From: Promethearchaeota archaeon
GTDB lineage: Archaea; Asgardarchaeota; Lokiarchaeia; Sigyniarchaeales; SOKP01
Assembly (NCBI GenBank): GCA_018238625.1
Contig: JABCSY010000008.1
Span: forward strand, 1-64,000
Direction: 5' to 3'
Length of the DNA: 64,000 nucleotides
The notes beneath the pieces are model-generated. The model searched no databases. It saw nothing but the letters and a program-made list of their open reading frames with translations, and was not told where the DNA came from. Each line of letters begins with the position of its first letter. The first letter of the stretch is position 1. Below are positions 9,567 through 17,689 of the stretch, one piece after another. Made by a program: the position numbers and the translations under genes.

Positions 9567-10382
9567 GTGATAAAAATTACACAAAATACCAAAACAACAA
9601 TATATTATTTCTCAGGCACAGGAAACTCATTACATATGGCCAAAACTCTTAAAGAAAAGCTAAATGATTGTGAACTTATACCGATTGCGGGTCTTATTAA
9701 TCAAGATTCCATAATCGCCACATCGGAAAAAGTTGGCTTTGTTTTTCCAGTGTACAATTGGGCTCTACCTAAAATCGTCGCTGATTTTATTGAGAAGATT
9801 GATTTAAGTAATATAAAATATATTTTTGCTCTTTGTACTAAAGGCGGTCCTGGCAGGCAGTATGTGATACCAATGATGAATAGTTTATTGAAACCAAAAA
9901 ACAAGCAACTTGATGCAGCATTCCTAATAAAAGTTTTTTCAGCTTTCATATTAGCCGGACACAACCCCATGCATTCAAAAGAAAAACAACTAAAAAGAAT
10001 AAAGGACGCTGAATTAAAATTAGATAAAATTGTTGAGATTATTCGTAATAATGAGAAAGGAAAGGGAAAGAAAGGTTCTATAATACCAATGAAAGGGACA
10101 TATAAATCTTTTATAGAGAAGGTAAATACTGAAGATGAAAACTACTATACAGATGAAAAGTGTAATGGTTGTGGAATTTGTCAAAAAATCTGTCCTGTCG
10201 ATAATATTAAACTCGTAAATGACAAACCTGAGTGGCAACATAAATGTCAACAGTGCTTATGTTGCCTCCATTATTGTCCCCAAAAAGCTATTCAATTTGG
10301 TGAATATACTCCAGGTAGGGAGAGATATAATCATCCACATATAAAAGTGAAGGAATTAATTAATCAAAAACAAGTAGTATAA
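9567..10382 (+). CDS. EFR1-family flavodoxin-ferredoxin fusion
   Basis: YFSGTGNS, GFVFPVY; CNGCGICQKICP and CQQCLCCLHYCP. Confidence 0.92.
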   Translation: MIKITQNTKTTIYYFSGTGNSLHMAKTLKEKLNDCELIPIAGLINQDSIIATSEKVGFVFPVYNWALPKIVADFIEKIDLSNIKYIFALCTKGGPGRQYVIPMMNSLLKPKNKQLDAAFLIKVFSAFILAGHNPMHSKEKQLKRIKDAELKLDKIVEIIRNNEKGKGKKGSIIPMKGTYKSFIEKVNTEDENYYTDEKCNGCGICQKICPVDNIKLVNDKPEWQHKCQQCLCCLHYCPQKAIQFGEYTPGRERYNHPHIKVKELINQKQVV

Positions 10383-10395
10383 AGGTGGAAACAAG

Positions 10396-10935
10396 TTGAA
10401 CAAGAGAGAAGCGATTAAAAGCTGGTTATCTGAACGCGTAGAGGAAGAATTGGAAGATTACGACGAACTCTCGTTGGAAGATCGTGTCATATCCATCGCT
10501 ATAATTATGGTTTTCCCCTTGATTGTGTTTTACTTCGTTGCCCATCAGACTTTATCAACAGGTTTTTTCACTGCAACATTCGGCACGTTGGAAATGGTCC
10601 TGCTGTATGGATCTCTGATTTATTGGATTTTTACATGTACCGTGTTATTACTTGAGCTCAAAGACCTCTCTCGCGACATAGATTCTTTTGGTGGGCTTTT
10701 TTTTGCCGCTGTCGGCTTTGCTTGGCTCTTTGTGGTCTTTCCCTTTGACTTTGCTTATTTTGCAGACGTGATGCCGGATTCCCTCAGATTTCTGGTACTG
10801 TGGGTTTCCAATGACATTGCTCGAGTGCTGTTGGTGCTAGGATTCATAGTGCATCTATTTTTGGCAGTATTCTCAGGGATACACCGCGTGATGGTTCGCA
10901 AGGAGCTCGCGCGAAGAAAAAAAATAAATAAATAG
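10396..10935 (+). CDS. Uncharacterised 4-TM membrane protein
   Basis: Four hydrophobic segments; AAGGTGG SD; visibly higher GC than neighbours. Confidence 0.7.
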   Translation: MNKREAIKSWLSERVEEELEDYDELSLEDRVISIAIIMVFPLIVFYFVAHQTLSTGFFTATFGTLEMVLLYGSLIYWIFTCTVLLLELKDLSRDIDSFGGLFFAAVGFAWLFVVFPFDFAYFADVMPDSLRFLVLWVSNDIARVLLVLGFIVHLFLAVFSGIHRVMVRKELARRKKINK

Positions 10936-10975
10936 GTAAATCTTATAATTTTTTTTTTAATTATGGAAAAGGTGA

Positions 10976-11464
10976 ATGAAAATAAAACTATGGATAATAC
11001 ATAAGAACGGAATTGGATTCTCAAAGATTATTGCTGAGATGGTTCAGGATCGTTTAGAAGATGATATTGATGTATCAGTAGGAAATGCCAAAAAGATTGA
11101 TCCTTCTTTCTTGTTGGAGGAAAAGTTAGATTACATAATTATCGGAGATATTATTAGTGAGGCAATACCTAGTTTAGAAATCCAAAAGTGGTTGTTAAAA
11201 TTCGGTGAAATTTCAAAAATTAATAATCTTATCCTTAAGGCTTTATCAGGTTTTTATATTGCAATAACTAATATTAAAATCGAACCACTCTGGGTTGAAT
11301 TTCTTCAAGAAAAAGTAAAAGCTGAAATAATCTACCCTCCAATATTACATTTAAAGTTAAATATAGCAGAATTTGCACTAGAAAATGGAGCTCTTGAATT
11401 AATTAAAGATTATTCTAATAATTTAATTGAATTTTTTATTGAGAATAAAAAAAAGAAAAACTAG
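10976..11464 (+). CDS. Degenerate flavodoxin-fold protein
   Basis: IIHKNGIGFSKIIAE resembles a decayed flavodoxin S-x-x-G-N-T loop; DYIIIG strand; GGTGA SD. Confidence 0.55.
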   Translation: MKIKLWIIHKNGIGFSKIIAEMVQDRLEDDIDVSVGNAKKIDPSFLLEEKLDYIIIGDIISEAIPSLEIQKWLLKFGEISKINNLILKALSGFYIAITNIKIEPLWVEFLQEKVKAEIIYPPILHLKLNIAEFALENGALELIKDYSNNLIEFFIENKKKKN

Positions 11465-11624
11465 AGTTGTAGAATATGGAAGAACAAAAGATTATTGAAT
11501 AATTTTTCTATAGTGATAATTCTACTCAGTTTTTTTATTAAGATTAATTTTACTATTTTAATAAGATAGGTTTATTGATATCTATTTTTTAATTATTAAT
11601 TTTACTCAGTTTTTTTATTAAAAA

Positions 11625-11720
11625 TATCATACGATTGATAATCTGTTTGTATTGGGTAATTTTTTATTTAATCAAATACTTGATTGAGTAAATTTAAGTT
11701 AATCTTTAAACAAAGATACT
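11625..11720 (+). promoter_or_regulatory. Conserved promoter/operator element: two ATCA-N6-TGAT palindromes plus a palindrome over the putative TATA box
   Basis: TATCA-TACGAT-TGATA (11625-11640), AATCA-AATACT-TGATT (11670-11685), ATCTTT-AAAC-AAAGAT (11702-11717); conserved at 3123-3218. Confidence 0.65.
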
Positions 11721-11749
11721 GACTATTAACTTGAGGATTTTTCCAAGAA

Positions 11750-12940
11750 ATGATAATTTCTTTTCCCAATATGGGCCCCAACTGGGTAGCATTTAAGACG
11801 CTATTTACAAGCCTTGGTCTAGATGTAGTTATTCCAGATCCAACGAATCGAGAAGCGATTAAGATTGGGGTAAAACACTCCCCCGAATTTGTGTGTTTCC
11901 CGTTTAAAGCGACTATTGGAGATTTCGTGAATGCTATAAAGAAGGGAGCAGATACGCTAGTCATGGCAATAGATTGTGGACCATGTAGATTTGGCTTTTA
12001 CGCGAGCGTCCAAGAACGTATTTTGAAGGATATGGGATATAAAAATATTACGGTTATCCCCCTCGACCAAGCAGATTTACTTGATTTTAAATGGGTCAAA
12101 ACTCTTCAAGAAGTTAGTGGTCGAAAGGACTTGTTTATGTATTCAAAGTTCGTTAAGGCTGTAATTCTTTTCCTAAAGAAAGCTAAGCTATTAAACGATA
12201 TTCAAACTGCCGAAGGTATCTTCCGAGCTTACGAGCGCAATCAGGGAGATACGACGGAATTGATTAGAAACTTATTGAATAAGCTTGATCAAGCTAATAC
12301 GCTCCCAGAATTGAGAAAATTCAAAAGCGTTATTAAGCAAGATTTTAGCAATTTAGATACAGATAAGACCCGAACGCCTCTACGGGTTGGTGTTTCGGGA
12401 GAGATTCACATTAATTTGGAACCATACGTAAATTTAGATATCCGTAGAAAGCTGGGTGAGATGAACATTGAAGTACACCAGAGCTTGAGCTTATACGATT
12501 GGGTTGTCCATAAATTCCATTTAAATTATCACAGAAAGTGGTTAGAACACCTTTCGCAACCATATTTACCGATGGACATTGGCGGAGAGGCGATGTGGGT
12601 GCTAGGTGAATATATAAATAAAGCTCAAGCGGGGTTTGATGGCTTCGTTCATCAATATCCGTTCCTCTGTATGCCAGAAGTGACGGCACGGACGATTTTA
12701 ACTAATAAACTTAAGGGAATTTACGATCTTCCCATCATTTACTTCTCTTTCGACGAGCAGAGCGGATTGGCGGGCTTCAGGACTAGGCTAGAAGCATTCT
12801 CTGACCTAATGTATGGTCGTAGGAATAAAGAAATTAAAAATAACGCCAAATTCGTAGCAAATGGTAATAAAAAGATTTATCCGCATTATGGCGGTTTATT
12901 TTATAATGAATGCGCTCAATTAATTCAAAATTCGGTTTAA
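11750..12940 (+). CDS. COG3581/HGD-D-like Fe-S reductase-dehydratase subunit (PlsR-like), paralog of 6933
   Basis: ISFPNMG, SPEFVCFPFK, GPCRFGFY, GEI, IGGEA, PFLCMPE, FDEQSGLAGFRTRLEAF. Confidence 0.87.
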   Translation: MIISFPNMGPNWVAFKTLFTSLGLDVVIPDPTNREAIKIGVKHSPEFVCFPFKATIGDFVNAIKKGADTLVMAIDCGPCRFGFYASVQERILKDMGYKNITVIPLDQADLLDFKWVKTLQEVSGRKDLFMYSKFVKAVILFLKKAKLLNDIQTAEGIFRAYERNQGDTTELIRNLLNKLDQANTLPELRKFKSVIKQDFSNLDTDKTRTPLRVGVSGEIHINLEPYVNLDIRRKLGEMNIEVHQSLSLYDWVVHKFHLNYHRKWLEHLSQPYLPMDIGGEAMWVLGEYINKAQAGFDGFVHQYPFLCMPEVTARTILTNKLKGIYDLPIIYFSFDEQSGLAGFRTRLEAFSDLMYGRRNKEIKNNAKFVANGNKKIYPHYGGLFYNECAQLIQNSV

Positions 12941-12958
12941 TGATAAAGGTGAGATTAT

Positions 12959-13984
12959 ATGGAAGAAGTTACTGAAAAAGTTACTAAAGTAGGAAAAAAA
13001 AAAGATGCTTTCCTTGGTATTGACATAGGAAGCGTGAGTTGCAAATTTGTTTTAATGGATACAGATGGAAATTTACTTACTAGCGTGTTTTTACGAAATA
13101 GAGGTTCTCCCATCGACTCAGCCAAGGCAGGAATGGCCGAGTTACGCGATAACATAGAAGAAAGCGAAAATTTAGGCGATTACGAGATTCGTTGCTGTGG
13201 TACCACAGGTTCGGCACGGTATCTAACAAAAGCAATCGTTGGTGCCGATCTCGCTAAAACCGAGATAATAGCCCACGCAGTTGCAGCGCAAACTATCTAT
13301 CCCGATGTAAAAACGATATTAGAAATTGGCGGTCAAGATTCGAAAATTATCATTCTACGGGACGGAATAATCGTAGATTTTGCGATGAATTCTGTATGCG
13401 CTGCTGGAACGGGTTCATTTCTCGATCACCAAGCAGCGAGGCTTGGGACAGTTATAGAAGATTTTGGCTCTTACGCTATAAAATCAAAAAATCCTGTAAG
13501 TATTGCGGGAAGATGTACTGTTTTCGCAGAGTCTGATATGATTCACAAGCAAAACGCGGGTTACTCTAAAGAGGATATTATTGCAGGTTTATGCGATTCA
13601 CTTGTGCGCAACTATATGAACAACGTAGGTAAGGGCAAAGACTTAGAAGAACCCATTGTATTCCAAGGTGGCGTTTCTTACAACGAAGGGATCATTGAAG
13701 CATTTGAAAGACATTTAGGTTGCAAAGTAATTGTTCCTGAATATAATGTCCTAATGGGGGCTTTAGGAATGGCAATTTTGGTTAGAGATTTCTATTTAGA
13801 GCACGAACATCAAACCGTATTTCGAGGACTCGAAGTATCAGATATTGAGTTCACGACATCAGCGTTTAACTGTGGAGATTGCCCGAATAACTGCGAAATA
13901 GTCCAAGTAAAGATGCCTCAAGAAGGAAATAAGATTATAGCACGCTGGGGCTCTCGTTGTGGTAAATGGGATCAAGTAGATTAA
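12959..13984 (+). CDS. HgdC/BcrAD_BadFG-type ATP-dependent activase (COG1924), paralog of 5908
   Basis: LGIDIGSVSCK, EIGGQDSK, CAAGTGSFL, RCTVFAESD, CGDCPNNC...RCGKW; AGGTGA SD. Confidence 0.92.
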   Translation: MEEVTEKVTKVGKKKDAFLGIDIGSVSCKFVLMDTDGNLLTSVFLRNRGSPIDSAKAGMAELRDNIEESENLGDYEIRCCGTTGSARYLTKAIVGADLAKTEIIAHAVAAQTIYPDVKTILEIGGQDSKIIILRDGIIVDFAMNSVCAAGTGSFLDHQAARLGTVIEDFGSYAIKSKNPVSIAGRCTVFAESDMIHKQNAGYSKEDIIAGLCDSLVRNYMNNVGKGKDLEEPIVFQGGVSYNEGIIEAFERHLGCKVIVPEYNVLMGALGMAILVRDFYLEHEHQTVFRGLEVSDIEFTTSAFNCGDCPNNCEIVQVKMPQEGNKIIARWGSRCGKWDQVD

Positions 13985-14146
13985 TTTCGAATTATATAAT
14001 CTAATCTTTTGATAACATACTTTTCAAACTATTATTGTATTTATAACCTTTAAATTTAATAAACGAATATTTGAATAAAAATAAGAAAAAACATATCTAG
14101 TAGAGTTATTAAAATATTGTCCAATTTTTAATAAAAGAGAAGTAAA

Positions 14147-14341
14147 ATGACAGAATTTTTTAAGCAATTAAAGGACTTGGGCGAGGGTTTTCTCGAGTCC
14201 TTGCAACATAATACAAAACTATCGACAATATTTGATATTTATTTAGAAAAAGTAATCCCTTCATTTGTTTCCGAAAAAGAGTTAAAGGAATATTACGAGA
14301 GACGGATGGAGGAAGTTAATAACTTCATAGACAAACTATAA
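14147..14341 (+). CDS. Small helical hypothetical protein
   Basis: 64-aa ORF, 14 bp before the acyltransferase on the same strand. Confidence 0.6.
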   Translation: MTEFFKQLKDLGEGFLESLQHNTKLSTIFDIYLEKVIPSFVSEKELKEYYERRMEEVNNFIDKL

Positions 14342-14355
14342 GCGAGGGAAAAAAG

Positions 14356-15045
14356 ATGGTTGAAACATCTTCCGAGGAGACGGAAACGAAAGGAAAAGAT
14401 AAGGTGCTTAGTAAGAATCTTATGGAAGACATTTTTTACGCAGTTACCAAAGGTTTAGGAAACTTTGGTTTAACGGCATTCGCAGACTTACAAATTGAAG
14501 GGCGTGAAAACGTACCTATTATAGGAAGAGCGATTTTAACTACGATTAGCCACAACGCGTTAAGAGATATGGCGATTATAAGTCAAGTTACTGGACGAAG
14601 AGTTCACTTTATGGTCCATCATAAACTGATGAAGAATCAAATGTACGGGCCCGTTCTTAAGTCGTTAGGCATGTTTCGCAGTACCCTCGATAAGGACGAT
14701 ACCATACCTATAGATAAAGTGTTCCACTATCTTAACGAAGTTGGGGATCTTGTAGCCATGACGCCGGAATCAAAACTTACACCCGAAATTCAGGTGAAAG
14801 CAATGGCGGGAATCATTAAATTTGCAGTTGCTGGAAAAGCACCTATAATCCCCATAGCAATATACACGGAAAACGCGAAAATTTTAGGTATGTTTAAAAC
14901 ACAGGGGTTAAGAGTAAAAATCGGGACCCCACTTAAGGTAGAGAAACGATTGTCTCGACCAAAATATCGAGATGAGAGATACGAACTCGCTGAGGATATT
15001 TTAAGAATTATTGATTCCCTTAAACCAGAACCCGATATTGAATAA
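14356..15045 (+). CDS. PlsC/LPLAT-family lysophospholipid acyltransferase
   Basis: IEGRENVP, HX4D (HNALRD), VHFM, MTPES (variant of FPEG), APIIPIAI, VKIGTP. Confidence 0.85.
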   Translation: MVETSSEETETKGKDKVLSKNLMEDIFYAVTKGLGNFGLTAFADLQIEGRENVPIIGRAILTTISHNALRDMAIISQVTGRRVHFMVHHKLMKNQMYGPVLKSLGMFRSTLDKDDTIPIDKVFHYLNEVGDLVAMTPESKLTPEIQVKAMAGIIKFAVAGKAPIIPIAIYTENAKILGMFKTQGLRVKIGTPLKVEKRLSRPKYRDERYELAEDILRIIDSLKPEPDIE

Positions 15046-15078
15046 ATATAAAATTAAACATAAAAACGAGGTTTTATT

Positions 15079-15342
15079 ATGGAAAAGAGCCAAAGTTCAG
15101 AACTGAACAATTTTCAAATAAACATAAGTAGTTTAAGTGAAGAGTTAGAACACAGAAAAGAAGATCTTATAAAAGAATTAAATATCCCTGGAAAGATTGA
15201 GCCCTCGTCTGAACCAAATGTGGATTTAGGCGATGTTATAGGAGATATCTTCTATGAATCGATGAAAAACTTCTTTGAAGTAGGGTTTAAACTTGCCGAA
15301 AGTTTAAGTCTTGAGTTTAACACAGTAAATCAGGATGAGTAA
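15079..15342 (+). CDS. Hypothetical acidic protein
   Basis: 87-aa ORF with GAGG SD, co-oriented after the acyltransferase. Confidence 0.6.
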   Translation: MEKSQSSELNNFQINISSLSEELEHRKEDLIKELNIPGKIEPSSEPNVDLGDVIGDIFYESMKNFFEVGFKLAESLSLEFNTVNQDE

Positions 15343-15456
15343 ACTAAATTTTATAAAATAATAGAGAAAAAAAGTTTTTAGTTAGTTAAATTGTTTAGAA
15401 TTCTTATAATTCTAATTTTTTCATTTTAAATATTATTAGAGTTAATTTTTGTTAAC

Positions 15457-16077
15457 CTATTTAATATAAATCAACCATTCAAACTTTTGACCTTTATAAT
15501 CTCCATCTCCAGTACCTACAAGTTCAAAACCAGTATGCTCGTGCCATAGAGCGGACGCTTTGTTCATTAAAGGTAGTTTTACTATGAACGCAACTAAAGG
15601 AATGTCTATTTCTACCAACGCTTTCTCCAAAATGGCAGTCCCAACGCCTTTGCGTTTGAATTCGGGTACGATGCTAATTTGGTCCAAATAAGCAAAACTT
15701 CTTTTTTCGTTAACGAGCAAATCTAAAATTTCTTTATCTTCAATATGGAGATTTTGCAAAGTTTTCCTAATCGTTTTTATGTTATTTTCGTTATTATATA
15801 TACTTGCGAAGCCAATGACATCTCCGCGTTTATTTTTCGCAACATAAATCTTCTTGTTAACATCTTGAATAAGTTGGACGTAAAAATCTTCGTCAACTTC
15901 TTTTCTCAGGAAGCCACGCTCTTCTAATTCTTTTCTTTGTTCATCTGTAATATCGTCGAAATCGCGTATTTCAATTAAGTTTTGCTTAAGTGCGTTGTGA
16001 ATTCCTAAAGAATCTTTTAAACCTGCAATTTGAACTATTACTTCAAAATTTTTTGAGTCTACATTTTTATTAACCAT
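15457..16077 (-). CDS. GNAT-family N-acetyltransferase
   Basis: YLDQISIVPEFKRKGVGTAIL, NKASALWHEHTGF; GGTGA SD. Confidence 0.9.
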   Translation of the reverse strand: MVNKNVDSKNFEVIVQIAGLKDSLGIHNALKQNLIEIRDFDDITDEQRKELEERGFLRKEVDEDFYVQLIQDVNKKIYVAKNKRGDVIGFASIYNNENNIKTIRKTLQNLHIEDKEILDLLVNEKRSFAYLDQISIVPEFKRKGVGTAILEKALVEIDIPLVAFIVKLPLMNKASALWHEHTGFELVGTGDGDYKGQKFEWLIYIK

Positions 16078-16196
16078 TTAAAACTCACCATAATTTACGT
16101 AAAAGTCTAACAAATGATTGTAATATTCATCCAAATAAAAGAATATTTTAAATTTATAATATATTTAGATTAGTTAAACTTTTCAAGGAAATAAAT

Positions 16197-17591
16197 ATGA
16201 CAATCTCAACTGAAGAAGAGTATACTTTTAAAGTTACTCTTGTTTTTTGGAAATTTTATGAGCTAGGACTATATTTTGAGCTACCAGAAGTAAGAAAGTA
16301 TTTAGAAAAAGAAGGCTCTCTAAAACTATATAAAGACTATCGGTGTAAAATCGATGTTCCCGGACAAGAAAAAAAATGTAGCCAACCATTAAAGTGGATT
16401 TCAAGTCAATCTGTGAATTTTGCTCCCGTTTGTTTTAAGATCGGCGAGTCAGATAGGTTTTCTTGCGCTACAGTACCTGATGTGGTTGGAAAGATTAGAT
16501 TAGAAGGGCACATCCATTACGGCTCAGTTTTAGTAATCCATTGCGAATTAACTTTCGAGAATTACCACAAGATTGAGGATTTTATAGAAATATCCCAACC
16601 CTCAAACATGATCCTGGAAAGCACCGGGAGACCCATAACAGAAAAATTCGTAGAAATAAGAGAAAATGTTATAACGTTATTAAAAAAAGGTAATTTTCCG
16701 GAAAAGGCAAAATTAGAATCTTCGCTAGAGCCGTGGCACCATACTTGGTTTATTTGGGACGCAAAACCCGACTTTAACAGAGCAGATTATCGCTTTATTG
16801 GAAAAGATATCGGTAAGAATGCGCGATATTCAATAGGACTTACTTTAAGAACGGACAAATATAGAGAACTAGATCCTGTAGCGTATCGAGATCAGATTAA
16901 CCTTAAAAACTTATCTCCATATTTAGACGAATTCGTGATGATTACTCACGCTGGGAACGTGATAATCCCGGGACCAGGTCTTATGGATCCCAATTCTATG
17001 AAAAACTTACTTATCGATACACTCTTTGGTCCAGAAGTTGGCAACGTTCAGAGATTTTTAATCCTCATGCATATGGAAAACATACTAATTGTAGCAGATA
17101 AATTCGATGAAGTCATCTCAGAGACCAGAGCTAGAGAAGAAAGCTTGACTTTGATGGATACAATCGAGAGATTAGAAAAACTGGAAACAGAACTCAACAG
17201 AATAATTCTTGAATTAAATAAAGATATAATAATCTCTAAAATAACTCGCTTATTATTTACTAGCACTTTTAAAACAAGTATGTTTAACGAAATGATAGAT
17301 AAGCTAGATGGTTTTAAGTTTTCAAAGCAAACTGACGATGTAATCGGCAGAGTCAGGAAGACTCTTAATAGACAGAGGAACACTCTAAATACAAAATCGG
17401 CAGCAATAGAAAATAAATTTTTAGCTATTCTAAATTATCTTGCCGTTTTCGAGATAGCGATTTTAATCATATCTTTAGCTTTAGGTGATATATTCGAAGG
17501 TACGATTTGGGGTATTGCCCAGATTGGAGTAGCTATTGCATTTGTTATTGGAGCATTTTCTGTATATAGATCGCAAGAAAAAAAGCTATAA
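16197..17591 (+). CDS. Uncharacterised protein with long helical stalk and two C-terminal TM helices (CorA-like architecture)
   Basis: Soluble alpha/beta N-part, coiled region, terminal TM hairpin; no GMN motif. Confidence 0.6.
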   Translation: MTISTEEEYTFKVTLVFWKFYELGLYFELPEVRKYLEKEGSLKLYKDYRCKIDVPGQEKKCSQPLKWISSQSVNFAPVCFKIGESDRFSCATVPDVVGKIRLEGHIHYGSVLVIHCELTFENYHKIEDFIEISQPSNMILESTGRPITEKFVEIRENVITLLKKGNFPEKAKLESSLEPWHHTWFIWDAKPDFNRADYRFIGKDIGKNARYSIGLTLRTDKYRELDPVAYRDQINLKNLSPYLDEFVMITHAGNVIIPGPGLMDPNSMKNLLIDTLFGPEVGNVQRFLILMHMENILIVADKFDEVISETRAREESLTLMDTIERLEKLETELNRIILELNKDIIISKITRLLFTSTFKTSMFNEMIDKLDGFKFSKQTDDVIGRVRKTLNRQRNTLNTKSAAIENKFLAILNYLAVFEIAILIISLALGDIFEGTIWGIAQIGVAIAFVIGAFSVYRSQEKKL

Positions 17592-17689
17592 CGTCGTACA
17601 ATTCTATTAAACTTAATTTTTTTTTTAAATTTTTTCCTTTGTTTAATCATTAAAAAATATAAAACAAAAATAAAAATGAAAGTTATTTA

